Positions 1 through 10,386 of a DNA stretch of 64,000 nt are shown piece by piece. The notes beneath the pieces were generated by a model. It made no database searches. It was not told where the DNA came from and saw nothing but the letters and a program-made list of their open reading frames with translations. The stretch covers positions 64,001-128,000 of the forward strand of contig CAWAPJ010000001.1 of assembly GCA_963783885.1 (NCBI GenBank), in the 5' to 3' direction. Both the position numbers and the translations under genes were made by a program. Origin of the DNA: Waddliaceae bacterium. Its GTDB lineage: Bacteria > Chlamydiota > Chlamydiia > Chlamydiales > SLFE01. Position 1 is the stretch's first letter. Each line of letters begins with the position of its first letter.

Positions 1-10
1 GGAGATGGAA

Positions 11-580
11 ATGCCAATTTATACTAAAACGGGTGATAAAGGCGAAACATCATTATTTTCCGGACAGCGCATACCTAAAGACGATTCGTTCATGCACGCC
101 CTCGGAACCATTGATGAATGCAGTTCGGCCATAGGGCTGGCGCTGGCGCTGCTGCCTGCAGAAAACAGCCTATCCCCTGCTTGCCAGCAGCTAGTTTCCA
201 TTCAACACGCCTTATTTGATTTGGGAGCCGCCGTCGCCACGCCGCGCAATCGTTCCTCGGAAAAAAAGGTCAGCAAAACTCGATTTGGCAATGAAGGGAT
301 AAAACTCCTGGAAAAATGGATTGATGAAATGGATGAAACCCTCCCGAAGCTAAAAACCTTTATACTCCCCGGAGGGCATCCTGGCGCCGCCGCGCTGCAT
401 TTGGCGAGGAATATGTGCAGAAGGGCCGAGAGGCACGCCATTCCCCTCCACTACCATGCCGCTATAGACGACAACGTCATTATCTACCTCAACCGCTTAT
501 CGGATTATTTGTTCGTTCTAACACGCCTGATCAACCACATAACAAAGACACCCGAAACTATCTGGGAGCATAGAACTTAA
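11..580 (+). CDS. pduO: ATP:cob(I)alamin adenosyltransferase (PduO/MMAB type)
   Basis: IYTKTGDKGETSL N-terminal motif, GTIDE, FILPGG, RRAER, YLNRLSDYLF; GGAG at 1-4 favours the ATG at 11. Confidence 0.92.
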   Translation: MPIYTKTGDKGETSLFSGQRIPKDDSFMHALGTIDECSSAIGLALALLPAENSLSPACQQLVSIQHALFDLGAAVATPRNRSSEKKVSKTRFGNEGIKLLEKWIDEMDETLPKLKTFILPGGHPGAAALHLARNMCRRAERHAIPLHYHAAIDDNVIIYLNRLSDYLFVLTRLINHITKTPETIWEHRT

Positions 581-583
581 CTT

Positions 584-1522
584 ATGAAAAAAATTTGCAA
601 GATTTTTCTCATTCTATGGCTAGGATTTATTCCGCTTGTTTTTTGTTCCGAAGAGTTTGGATACATTTCTTATTCATCTTACAATATAGGAGATGACATT
701 CAGTCGCTTGCCGCTAAGCGTTTTCTTCCTGAAGGCAGTATTCCGATCGATCGTGAATTTCTTGGGAGCTTTCAACACGACTGCCCGGTATCGACCATTA
801 TCAACGGATGGCTGATGCACACAAAAAAGAACGCATGGTACCTGAATTTTATCGCGCCTCCCGAGAAAAGCTGGCCCCCTCCGTCTAGCATTTCACCTTT
901 ACTGATTTCACTTCACTTCACAAAAGGCTTTCTTCCTGAAGCCTTTGCTCCGGAAGCTGTGGATTATATGAAGGCATACGGCCCCGTTGGCGCCAGGGAT
1001 TTATTCACCCTCCAGGAATTGCAAAAAAGAGATATTCCGAGCTATCTTTCCGGTTGTTTAACCTTGACGCTCGACAATCCCTTCACCGAAAGAGATAATA
1101 TCATTTACATTGTTGATCTCGACAAGGCAATTACCAACTACGTAAGAAAGAATACAAATGCAAAAGTAATTGAAATGACGCATAAGATTCCTCTGTCAAT
1201 CCAATTTGATCATAAAAATCGGTTGAAATATGCAGAAAATCTCCTCAACAAATATCGTAAAGCAAAATGTGTTCTTACCTCGCGGTTTCATGCGACGATG
1301 CCGTGCCTTGCGTTTGAAACTCCCGTCATTCTTGTCAATAAACTCGACTATCGTTTCAAAGGCCTGAAAGGTCTCGTCAACCACTGTTCTCCCCGAGACA
1401 TTTTAAGGGGAAAATATGACCTGCAGCATCCCCCGCAAAATCCCCAAGGTTATCGGATTTTGAGAGAAAATATGATTGAAATTGTGACTCACTGGGTCAA
1501 TTCCTCACTCGCTCCTGAATGA
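584..1522 (+). CDS. polysaccharide pyruvyl transferase family protein with N-terminal signal peptide
   Basis: NIGDDIQS, VGARD, TSRFHATMPCLAFETP motifs; basic plus hydrophobic N-terminus. Confidence 0.75.
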   Translation: MKKICKIFLILWLGFIPLVFCSEEFGYISYSSYNIGDDIQSLAAKRFLPEGSIPIDREFLGSFQHDCPVSTIINGWLMHTKKNAWYLNFIAPPEKSWPPPSSISPLLISLHFTKGFLPEAFAPEAVDYMKAYGPVGARDLFTLQELQKRDIPSYLSGCLTLTLDNPFTERDNIIYIVDLDKAITNYVRKNTNAKVIEMTHKIPLSIQFDHKNRLKYAENLLNKYRKAKCVLTSRFHATMPCLAFETPVILVNKLDYRFKGLKGLVNHCSPRDILRGKYDLQHPPQNPQGYRILRENMIEIVTHWVNSSLAPE

Positions 1523-2248
1523 AGAATATTCATAACGGTATATTAACATACATGCATCCAACACGGCTGTATTTTTAAAAATTCTAATGCATTGACGATT
1601 AAATTTAATATCTTCTCCCACTTTCAGAAGAGTAGACCAGTGAATTTTTTCCCAAACAGATTTTCTTATTGCAATGCAACCATAAGTTAAACAATCGAAT
1701 CGCTTCAAATCTTTTATGGAGTTTATTTTGTAAGTGTGAAGGTGGTGACAGTCGTAATCATGCCATTTATCGCCAAGATCCAGCTGATCGACTCTAATCC
1801 AGCGATGAATAATATGATCAAACTTAGAGTGCCGAAATAGGTATTTAAGAATCTCGACTCTCTGAGGGTGGGGAAGATCATCTGCATCCTGACAAATAAA
1901 AATATCTCCGCTTGAATTTTCGCAGGCGATATTCCGATTACTTCCTGCGCTTTGACTATCATTATTTGACACTAAAATCACTTTGAAAGGCCAAGGCTTA
2001 TTTGTTAAAGAGGTAATATCATCCTCAGGAATCCTATAAGCTTCCGATAAGGAAATCACCATTTCATCAGGAAGCTCAGTTTGACAAGCATAGGAATTTA
2101 TGAGCTCTTCTAAAAAATAAAAATGTCGGTAATGGCAAGGGACGATGACTGTAACACCTTCATCTGCAGATAGATATGAAGTGAAGCTCCAAAATGAAAG
2201 AAAAATCAGCACCAAGCTGCATTTAATTTTCTCTGCCGATAAACGCAT
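1505..2248 (-). CDS. glycosyltransferase family 2 protein with putative signal peptide
   Basis: VTVIVPC, AGSNRN, QDADD (DxD), GED motifs; likely start MRLSAEK at 2248 (ORF extends to 2323). Confidence 0.8.
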   Translation of the reverse strand: MRLSAEKIKCSLVLIFLSFWSFTSYLSADEGVTVIVPCHYRHFYFLEELINSYACQTELPDEMVISLSEAYRIPEDDITSLTNKPWPFKVILVSNNDSQSAGSNRNIACENSSGDIFICQDADDLPHPQRVEILKYLFRHSKFDHIIHRWIRVDQLDLGDKWHDYDCHHLHTYKINSIKDLKRFDCLTYGCIAIRKSVWEKIHWSTLLKVGEDIKFNRQCIRIFKNTAVLDACMLIYRYEYSSFRSE

Positions 2249-2369
2249 TTTGAAAATCTTTGTTGTTAATAAACTAATATTCGAACATGACCATTCAGTC
2301 AAGACAAATACAGCAGGGTACAATTCACTAACATAGATAACACTTTAAAGTTTAGTAAATAATGCTCAG

Positions 2370-2786
2370 ACCCTGATTGCTACCTAAACTTGTTGTTAAA
2401 GTCTTTCGTTGGATTCAGATGCGTAGACTCGATTTGAAGGCAAGGGTAATCCCCTGCCGATAATCGAGGCTTAGCAGATGGATTCAATGAAAGATTTTAA
2501 CGACAATAGTCTCTATGATACTTCCTTAGCCAAAAAAGGGGGCATCATGGAAACTTACGCAACAACAGTTTATGTCAGCAGTGAAGAAATCCTTCGAATT
2601 TTGGGGATTAAAGACGATCCTCAATCTCAAATGCCCAACGCAGAAGTGATAACTTTTGCTATTTTATCAGCAAAATATTTTTCTTGTAACTATAAAATGT
2701 CCAGATATTTATGTAAAAGATTACGATTATTCAGAGCTATTTTAAACAATAGCCGGCTAAATCGCCGAATTCATAAAATTCCTTGG
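2370..2786 (+). mobile_element. truncated IS982-family element (left end plus 5' third of transposase)
   Basis: Begins with TIR ACCCTGATTGCTACCTAAAC; near-identical to the copies at 24978 and 55939 up to the internal CTTGG, where a MITE begins. Confidence 0.9.
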
Positions 2787-2901
2787 ACCCTGATTGCTAC
2801 CTAAACCTTAGCTAGAGCTTACACGAGCACACCGTCGACGCTACAGTTGTATCTGGCGCACTCGTGTAAGCTCTAGCTAAGGTTTAGGTAGCAATCAGGG
2901 T
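2787..2901. mobile_element. palindromic MITE made of two IS982 right ends
   Basis: Perfect 42-bp inverted arms 2786-2827 / 2861-2902 matching the IS982 right end; no ORF. Confidence 0.88.
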
Positions 2902-2986
2902 CTTTGCATTTCAATTTTTTTAGGCTATACTTTCACAACAAGACACTAACTCAACCAATTTTTGAATTTACTTCGGTATATAAGAA

Positions 2987-4759
2987 TTAATCAATAGTTT
3001 CGATTGAAACACCGTTTTTTTCAAGAAGTAAAATCAATTCAGGAGAATAAATTGTGGGGTTTTCTGTAATCATTCTTAAGTGGCGGACGCAAGGCTTTTC
3101 TCCTTGATCAATAAAACTTTTGACCCGCTTGTAAGTTTCGTCATTTTGATTATAAATAGCAAGAGATATGGGATCTTTCAGAATTTCATTCGTTAGAGGC
3201 GGTTTAGACTCGCCGTTTTGCGAATTTTTGCGTTCCTTCAGTTTTTTGATCAATTCATGAGTGACATCTTTTGGTTGATACAAAATAGATTGAATGACAT
3301 TTTTGATTGTCAAATGAAACCCCTTCTCCATAAGACTGAAAATTATTTCTTTGTTCGATGTTTGTATCGCATTTTCTAAAAGCCGCTGATTTCGATCATT
3401 TGCCTCAAATAAAGCCTCCTTTTCAAGCAAATGTTCAAAGAATTTTCTTTTAGGAATCTCGTGGAAACCCATCTCCAACTCGAAGCTTGGATGCACTCTG
3501 CTCTGTATCAAAAGTTCAAATAGGCCGGGAGAATTTTGGACATAAGTCTCAATAAGTTTTTTCAACTCGGCTTTATTCATTTTTGGATAGCAATCTGTCG
3601 CTCCGAATAGAGCATCAAGGTTTTTTTTATTATCAAGTTCATTTGAAGCCATTTCATTTGTAATCTTTAACCCATACATGCGCGCAAGTTTAATGATAAA
3701 TAATGACCTTTCGCTTTTGCTGCTTAGCAATTTCCGGAGCTGACTCGTAGATAATTGATACCCGGAAATAAAAAAGACATGCAAAAGCTCTATGCTATAA
3801 TCCACACATTCCTTTCCGCTTACTACTTGGTTGACAAGTTTGTTAAATCCCCAGTTATTTAATAACGTACCTTTATAAATATGAGTAACCAAATCTCTTA
3901 AGGAATCTTTATCGGGATTATTGATGATGTCATTAAATTTTCTAAAAGAGTGATCGGGCGACTGAGAATTCATAAAGAAATATTCATCTGCGACTGAATG
4001 CGGGCCGCATTTAAACTGTTCTTGGCAAAATGACGTCAAATGCCTGCTGGCAAAACTTCTATGATACTCTTCGGGAGAAACTTTATTTTTCAGTAAAAAA
4101 TCAACAATCTTTTTAAGATGATCCTGGCAGTACCTGAGAGCAAAAGTAAAACATGAAGCACTGAAGCATTGCTTAGAAGTTAATGCCTCCAAAATATCCA
4201 CAGTATGAGAGGTATCATTAACAAAAAGGAAATTAATGTTCTCATCTTCTGGGACATATCCTATGCTCAAAAGAGCTTCCACCACTGCGGCGGTATGTTC
4301 GTTCTGATTCTGAAAGAGAGTGCGATATATGTCATAGGATTGCAGGCTCGACCCTTCTTTAAGCCATTCTGAAATCAACTTTGGCGAATCTTCTGTCAGA
4401 GATTCCAGTTCGAGGTGCAGGCAATTATCATTTCTCTGAATTTTCCATTGATTCCAATATTTCTGCATCATGTTGTTGATAATCTTATTGACATGATCTT
4501 TATTCCAGCGCAAAGGGTCGTTGCCCAGTTGCTCTAGTTGTGCAAGAACGTTCTTTTTTAGTTCTTCAATCTGACCATCTAGATGGGATATCGCTCCAAT
4601 CGCTTCAATGTCGTGCTCTTCAAGATAACATTCTTGGATTTTACGCGATGAGATCCAATCTTTAAAAATCGTTCCAAAGCGTTGAGACCTTTGTTTCGAG
4701 GGTGAAAAATCGGCAAACTCCTGGCAAACCCTATTGGCAAAGTTAACTTCTGAAACCAT
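2987..4759 (-). CDS. hypothetical protein with degenerate ankyrin-like helical repeats (candidate effector)
   Basis: 590-aa AT-rich ORF; recurring units VEALLSIGY, VDFLLKNKV, IFSLMEKGF, LLLEKNGV. Confidence 0.6.
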   Translation of the reverse strand: MVSEVNFANRVCQEFADFSPSKQRSQRFGTIFKDWISSRKIQECYLEEHDIEAIGAISHLDGQIEELKKNVLAQLEQLGNDPLRWNKDHVNKIINNMMQKYWNQWKIQRNDNCLHLELESLTEDSPKLISEWLKEGSSLQSYDIYRTLFQNQNEHTAAVVEALLSIGYVPEDENINFLFVNDTSHTVDILEALTSKQCFSASCFTFALRYCQDHLKKIVDFLLKNKVSPEEYHRSFASRHLTSFCQEQFKCGPHSVADEYFFMNSQSPDHSFRKFNDIINNPDKDSLRDLVTHIYKGTLLNNWGFNKLVNQVVSGKECVDYSIELLHVFFISGYQLSTSQLRKLLSSKSERSLFIIKLARMYGLKITNEMASNELDNKKNLDALFGATDCYPKMNKAELKKLIETYVQNSPGLFELLIQSRVHPSFELEMGFHEIPKRKFFEHLLEKEALFEANDRNQRLLENAIQTSNKEIIFSLMEKGFHLTIKNVIQSILYQPKDVTHELIKKLKERKNSQNGESKPPLTNEILKDPISLAIYNQNDETYKRVKSFIDQGEKPCVRHLRMITENPTIYSPELILLLEKNGVSIETID

Positions 4760-4873
4760 GATGAGAATCTCCTGTTGCTGGCAATATTGATTTAAAGCTA
4801 GTAAAATAACTATTTTTTTAAAAGGATTTTCTGACTTGACGTGTTAGGACTTTCCTATTATGTTAATAATGCT

Positions 4874-7483
4874 ATGAAACAAAATTTTACTGAAGCCGCT
4901 TCGGAATCCTTGCAGTCGGCATTTGCTGATGCGCAAGAAAGAAATAATACTGAAGTAACAGAAAATCATTTGCTTAAGACACTTTTATCCGATCAGGAAG
5001 GATATTTTATATCCCTGCTGCAGGATTTGAAGACGAATCCTTCAGTCCTTCAGTCAAAAGTCGAAGACTCCTTATCGACTCTGCCAACTTTCTCGGGTGA
5101 AGGAGGGGAGCTTCAGATGGGGAGAAGTCTGCAGGGACGCATCGCCGATGCACAGACAATCGCCAAAAAAATGAACGACTCATACATCAGCCAAGACCAC
5201 TTCCTGCTCGCATTCTGGAAAAACGGAGGGGAGCCGTTTGCCTCATGGAAAAAGGGGACAAAACTCTCCTACCAGGATGTTGAATCCAAGATCAAAGAAA
5301 TTAGAGGAGACCGTCATATGGATTCCCCAACAGCAGAATCAAGCCTCAAGACGCTGGAAAAATACTGCAAAGACCTGACAGGCCTTGCCAGAGAAGGAAA
5401 GCTCGATCCGGTCATTGGAAGGGAAGAAGAAATTCGGCGTACCATGCAGGTTCTTTGCAGGCGCACAAAAAACAATCCGATGCTGATCGGCGAACCGGGT
5501 GTCGGCAAGACCGCGATTGCCGAAGGTCTTGCCCATCGCATCATTCAGGAAGATGTGCCCGATTCATTGAAAGGAAAACAAATTCTTGCGCTTGATATGG
5601 GAAGCCTGATCGCCGGCACCAAATTTCGCGGTGAATTTGAAGAGCGGTTGAAAGGGATTTTACAGGAAATTGAAAAAAGCGAAGGGCAGATCATTTTATT
5701 TATCGACGAAGTCCACACCCTTATAGGAGCAGGAGCATCCGAAGGAGCCATGGACGCCGCCAATTTGCTCAAGCCAGCACTGGCCAGAGGCGTGCTCCAT
5801 TGCATCGGCGCCACAACTTTAAGCGAATACCAAAAATACATTGAAAAAGACGCTGCTCTGGAGAGACGCTTTCAACCAGTTATGGTCCGAGAGCCAAGCC
5901 TGGAAGAAACAATCGCCATTTTGCGCGGCATCAGAGAGCGATACGAGATTTTTCACGGAGTGCGGATTACAGAATCTGCCATCCATGCCGCAGCGTTTTT
6001 GTCCCACCGCTATATAACCGATAGATTTTTGCCTGATAAGGCTATTGACCTGATCGATGAAGCGGCTAGTTTGATCAAAATGCAGCTCGGCAGCCGTCCT
6101 CTGCCGATCGATAACAAAGAACGGCAGCTATCAAGCATGATTGTCGAGCAGCAAGCCCTCAAAAGAGAGGGCAGTACCGGCTCCAATGAAGCAGCAAAAA
6201 AGCTCGAAGCCAAAATTGCCGAGGTCAAAGAGGAGCTTGCCAAGCTCAGGTCCCAGTGGGATAAGGAAAAGCAATTAATCCAAAACCTCAAAGATAAAAA
6301 AAATCGCTTCGAACAGCTCCGTTTCGAGGAAGAGGACTCCGAGCGGAAAGCCGATTACAACAAAGTCGCCGAACTGAGATACAACAGCATTCCTGCCCTT
6401 CAGAAAGAAATCGAGCAGGCCGAACACAAACTCAATGAAAAAGAACACCGTCTTCTTCAGGAAGAAGTCGACGAGCCGCTCATCGCGCAAATCGTCTCAA
6501 AATGGTCGGGAGTTCCCGTCTCAAAAATGCTCGAAGGCGAAGCGCAAAAACTCCTTAACCTTGAAAAAGAGTTGGGAAAGCGAGTCGTCGGACAAGATTT
6601 GGCGATTACAGCGGTCAGCGAAGCGATCAGGCGCTCGAGAGCCGGCCTCAGCGACCCCGACCGCCCTATGGGCGCATTCCTCTTTTTAGGCCCCACAGGG
6701 GTCGGAAAAACCGAGCTGGCCAAAACCCTGGCGTATCAGTTATTCAATCAGGAAGAGGCCTTAATCCGCCTTGACATGTCCGAATACATGGAAAAACACA
6801 GCGTCTCCAAGCTAATTGGATCGCCTCCCGGGTATGTGGGCTACGAAGAAGGGGGCCAGCTGACAGAAGCCATACGCCGCCGCCCTTATGCAGTTATCCT
6901 TCTCGATGAAATTGAAAAAGCCCATGAAGATGTATTCAACATCCTCTTACAAGTCTTTGACGACGGCCGGCTGACAGATGCCAAGGGGCGCGCGGTCAAC
7001 TGTAAAAACGCCCTCTTCATTATGACTTCAAACCTCGGGTCGGCCCAGCTTTTGGAGCAGCTTGAAAAGTCTCATACCGAATTTTCGAAAGATGCCATTA
7101 TGGCTCTCCTCGAGCCGATCATCCGCAGGCATTTCCGACCTGAATTTCTTAACCGGCTCGACGACATTCTCCCTTTCCTCCCCCTGCGCGAGGAGGAAAT
7201 GCACAAAATCGTCGAGATTCAACTCACTCGCGTGGCCAAGCGCATCAGCGAGAGGCACGTGACGCTTTCCTGGTCGAAGGAAGTTGCCGATTCCTTAGCC
7301 AAAGAAGGGTACGACCCCATTTTCGGCGCCCGTCCTCTAAAGCGGCTCATTCAACACAAGGTATCCAACATGCTGGCGACAGCCATTCTCGAAGGTCGCA
7401 TCCCATCCGACAGCGAAGTCATGCTCAGCGTAGAAAATGGTAAGATTGGCTTCGACCTCGTCGCCGTTGTGGAAAGCAGATAG
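4874..7483 (+). CDS. clpB: ATP-dependent disaggregase ClpB
   Basis: Two AAA+ modules ([16 protein letters not shown]), coiled-coil M domain, [23 protein letters not shown] start at 4874 preferred over GTG at 4841. Confidence 0.97.
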   Translation: MKQNFTEAASESLQSAFADAQERNNTEVTENHLLKTLLSDQEGYFISLLQDLKTNPSVLQSKVEDSLSTLPTFSGEGGELQMGRSLQGRIADAQTIAKKMNDSYISQDHFLLAFWKNGGEPFASWKKGTKLSYQDVESKIKEIRGDRHMDSPTAESSLKTLEKYCKDLTGLAREGKLDPVIGREEEIRRTMQVLCRRTKNNPMLIGEPGVGKTAIAEGLAHRIIQEDVPDSLKGKQILALDMGSLIAGTKFRGEFEERLKGILQEIEKSEGQIILFIDEVHTLIGAGASEGAMDAANLLKPALARGVLHCIGATTLSEYQKYIEKDAALERRFQPVMVREPSLEETIAILRGIRERYEIFHGVRITESAIHAAAFLSHRYITDRFLPDKAIDLIDEAASLIKMQLGSRPLPIDNKERQLSSMIVEQQALKREGSTGSNEAAKKLEAKIAEVKEELAKLRSQWDKEKQLIQNLKDKKNRFEQLRFEEEDSERKADYNKVAELRYNSIPALQKEIEQAEHKLNEKEHRLLQEEVDEPLIAQIVSKWSGVPVSKMLEGEAQKLLNLEKELGKRVVGQDLAITAVSEAIRRSRAGLSDPDRPMGAFLFLGPTGVGKTELAKTLAYQLFNQEEALIRLDMSEYMEKHSVSKLIGSPPGYVGYEEGGQLTEAIRRRPYAVILLDEIEKAHEDVFNILLQVFDDGRLTDAKGRAVNCKNALFIMTSNLGSAQLLEQLEKSHTEFSKDAIMALLEPIIRRHFRPEFLNRLDDILPFLPLREEEMHKIVEIQLTRVAKRISERHVTLSWSKEVADSLAKEGYDPIFGARPLKRLIQHKVSNMLATAILEGRIPSDSEVMLSVENGKIGFDLVAVVESR

Positions 7484-7578
7484 CAGAGATATTAAATAGT
7501 ATCCGTTTTGTTCAATAACAAAGTTTCTTAATAACTGTTATTTAATTGACAAAAGTGTAGTATTACTGCTTTCTGCTC

Positions 7579-8013
7579 TCACATATAGTCTTTCATATGG
7601 GGATACATGACGCGGGTAAAAATATTTTTCTGCCAGTCTTCATTAATTTGAGAAAAGTAATAGGCTATGATGATAATGCCAAGTGGAAAATTGAAAAAAG
7701 AGACCACAAGTCCCAATGTAACGACAGCGCCCCCCTTAAACCAGGACCAGTACATTTTCGTAAGGCGTTTTAGGAGGGGAAAAGAATTGAAAGTGATGAG
7801 CGCGGCCAAACCCATGCAAGCAAAGCAAAACAGCGAGCCGACTGTCCAAATAAACGACACAAAAGAGGAGAGGAGAAACACAAACCTCAGCTTCCACGAT
7901 GTTTGTTTCGGCAAAGTTTTTTTGAATCGGGGGAATTCCTGCTCGCCGTAGGGCTGTTCATCATCCTCAATGATGATAAACTCGGGCATTTTCGGTTTCT
8001 CGTCTTCGTTCAT
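7579..8013 (-). CDS. hypothetical membrane protein
   Basis: 144-aa ORF with hydrophobic segments; 4-bp overlap with sthA stop suggests coupling. Confidence 0.7.
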   Translation of the reverse strand: MNEDEKPKMPEFIIIEDDEQPYGEQEFPRFKKTLPKQTSWKLRFVFLLSSFVSFIWTVGSLFCFACMGLAALITFNSFPLLKRLTKMYWSWFKGGAVVTLGLVVSFFNFPLGIIIIAYYFSQINEDWQKNIFTRVMYPHMKDYM

Positions 8014-9446
8014 AACTTGCGCTTGATCTTGTTTATGCCATTCAAAGCGGCTATGCGGTAACCTTCCGCATAGGTAGGATAATTAAAAACCTGGTCAATA
8101 AAATAATCGATTCTGGCATTAAATCCCATAGCTAATTGACCGATATGGATAACCTCGGTCGCTCCACGCCCGATGACATGCACTCCCAGGATCTCCAACG
8201 TCTCTCTGTGAAACAGGATTTTAAACATCCCTACATTGCTTCCAGCTATGTGACTGCGTGAAATCTCATAATAATAAGCCCTGCCCACTTCGTAGTGGAA
8301 GCCCATTTCCTGAAGATCCTGTTCTGTAAAACCGCAACAGGAAATTGTCGGAATTGTATAAATGCCGACAGGATAAAAATTCGGGAACTGATGTGTGTCA
8401 ATGCCGCAGGCGTGCCTCGATGCCAGCCTTCCCTGCTCCATGCTTGTCGATGCTAAGCAAGGGCCTCCGACAACATCTCCTACAGCATAGATATGAGGAA
8501 CCTTTGTCTGAAAAAGCGAGTTGACCGGAATATACCCTCTGGGACTGACGCCGAGACCGGCATTTTCAATGTGAAGTCCTTCTACATTCGCAACGCGCCC
8601 CAATGCATAGAGCAAAACATCGGCTTTGAGACATGTATCATCTTCAAAAAGGACTTCGGCCCTATTATCGACCCGTTTAATTTCTTTGGGCATTTTGCGC
8701 CCTTTAAACCTCAGCCCCAAATTGGTCAATGCCGTCTGGAGGTGTATGCCGATTTCGTGATCGAGCAAAGGAAGCAAATGATCTTTTTTATCGATGACAG
8801 TCACCTCTGTCCCTAAAGCAGAAAAGAAACTGGCATATTCGGAGCCAATGATCCCCCCTCCCAATACCAGCATAGTTTTGGGCACCTCTTTAATCGCAAG
8901 AAGCCGGGTAGAATCTAAAATGACTTCATCATCAAAGGGGACTTCGATCGGATTTCTCGGTTTTGAGCCTGTTGCTATAATGAACTTGTCAGCGTGAATC
9001 TGATGCGTTAATCGAAAATTTTCATCGACAACGATCAGCATATTCTTATTCTCGAAACGAGCCATCCCCACAACAAACCGAATATCATTCTTTCTAAATT
9101 GCCGGGTGATGATCTGCCCCTGCTGCTCGACAACCTGTTTGAGCCTGTAGTTTAAGTCCTCTATCGTCACATCGCGCATAGGGAAATTCTTCCCGTAAAT
9201 GACGCGCTGCCTAAATCCGGTCAGATCAACAATTGCCTCGCGAAGAGTTTTAGAGGGAATTGTTCCCTCATAAAGGCAAGCTCCTCCCGGTCCGCCCGAT
9301 TTTTCGATAACCACAACTTTTTTACCGAGCTTAGAAGCTTGTATAGCCGCTTTTTGCCCTGCCGGCCCCGATCCGATTATGGTGATATCTGCTTGAATTT
9401 CTTCCATATCAAACCCCATTATCTCAGAAATAGGCCTGAAGGTCAA
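8010..9446 (-). CDS. sthA: soluble pyridine nucleotide transhydrogenase
   Basis: GSGPAG FAD motif, GGAC..GTIPSKTLRE, GGGIIG, FNYPTYAEGY; real start may be 9407 (MEEIQAD). Confidence 0.92.
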   Translation of the reverse strand: MTFRPISEIMGFDMEEIQADITIIGSGPAGQKAAIQASKLGKKVVVIEKSGGPGGACLYEGTIPSKTLREAIVDLTGFRQRVIYGKNFPMRDVTIEDLNYRLKQVVEQQGQIITRQFRKNDIRFVVGMARFENKNMLIVVDENFRLTHQIHADKFIIATGSKPRNPIEVPFDDEVILDSTRLLAIKEVPKTMLVLGGGIIGSEYASFFSALGTEVTVIDKKDHLLPLLDHEIGIHLQTALTNLGLRFKGRKMPKEIKRVDNRAEVLFEDDTCLKADVLLYALGRVANVEGLHIENAGLGVSPRGYIPVNSLFQTKVPHIYAVGDVVGGPCLASTSMEQGRLASRHACGIDTHQFPNFYPVGIYTIPTISCCGFTEQDLQEMGFHYEVGRAYYYEISRSHIAGSNVGMFKILFHRETLEILGVHVIGRGATEVIHIGQLAMGFNARIDYFIDQVFNYPTYAEGYRIAALNGINKIKRKL

Positions 9447-9512
9447 AATTATTGCATCCTATTCACCCTTAATCCTATAGTAGAGAAATAAAAAATTCGT
9501 TATAATATTATC

Positions 9513-9980
9513 ATGAGTAAAATCAATTTTGAAAAAGCCGAACAGTACTTTGACAAGGGCCTGGCCCGTATGGAAGTGGAAAATCTGCTCTATCTTGCCG
9601 AGCTTTCCGATTCGCTTGGATCACTTGTCAGCAAACCAAAACGAGGCAAAAAAACTAAGGAACAAATCAAAAGAGAGAAAGCCTTTTTAGTCATCAATAC
9701 CAAAAGAGAGATCAAATTTATCGCCAGAGTACGCCGCGATCTGGTCGAAGAGCTTGGCATCGACCGGGAAACGGCCGAAAGACTCTTTAAAGACCCTGAT
9801 AATGTCTCTGATGAGGATATTGAAGAAATTCTTAAAATTCGCGCTAAAATCCGCAATTTTAGAGATGAAATCAAAAAAAGCCTTCAAGATATTAATACCG
9901 AAGAAATGATCCAGAAGCAAATTGCCAAGGCTAAAAATAAACGTTTTAACATTCGCGACAGCTGGCTCCCCCTTCAATAA
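9513..9980 (+). CDS. hypothetical protein (basic, coiled-coil)
   Basis: 155-aa ORF filling the gap upstream of rpmB. Confidence 0.7.
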   Translation: MSKINFEKAEQYFDKGLARMEVENLLYLAELSDSLGSLVSKPKRGKKTKEQIKREKAFLVINTKREIKFIARVRRDLVEELGIDRETAERLFKDPDNVSDEDIEEILKIRAKIRNFRDEIKKSLQDINTEEMIQKQIAKAKNKRFNIRDSWLPLQ

Positions 9981-10046
9981 ATTTTGATTGTAAAGAAAGT
10001 ATCGCTATGCTATGATTTTCGATATACTGGAATTTAGGAGACAATC

Positions 10047-10352
10047 ATGCAAAAATCCGCAAAAAAGAAACTTGTCCATGGGAAAAAGTGCCAGGTAACG
10101 GGAAAACGGCCTGTCAAAGGAAATACATACTCCATCCGCGGTATTGCCAAGAAAAAGAAAGGGATCGGCCTTAAAATTACCGGTAAAAACAAGCGTGAAT
10201 TCAAGCCGAACGTTCAAAAAAAACGTTTCTGGCTGCCGGAAGAAAACCGTTTTGTTACCCTTAATGTTTCAGCCGCGGGTATCCGCACAATCGAAAAACG
10301 AGGGATCATGTCGGTTGTGAAAGACATGCGCACTCAAGGCTACAAAATATAA
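10047..10352 (+). CDS. rpmB: 50S ribosomal protein L28
   Basis: KCQVTGK...RGIAKKKKGIGLKITGK..FKPNVQKKRFW (PVC-type L28); AGGAG RBS. Confidence 0.95.
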   Translation: MQKSAKKKLVHGKKCQVTGKRPVKGNTYSIRGIAKKKKGIGLKITGKNKREFKPNVQKKRFWLPEENRFVTLNVSAAGIRTIEKRGIMSVVKDMRTQGYKI

Positions 10353-10357
10353 AGCTC

Positions 10358-10386
10358 GCAAGCACTGAGATGCTTGCGTTTTTTTT
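10358..10386 (+). terminator. intrinsic terminator after rpmB
   Basis: GCAAGCA-ctgaga-TGCTTGC stem followed by a T-run. Confidence 0.75.

Noticed and set aside
2478-2547. N-terminal transposase extension controlled by a variable A6/A7/A8 run
   Set aside because: The run lies upstream of the RBS and ATG shared by all copies; length differences fit drift or homopolymer error
4800-4873. CIRCE operator upstream of clpB
   Set aside because: No TTAGCACTC-N9-GAGTGCTAA match; only a possible TTGACG-17-TATGTT promoter
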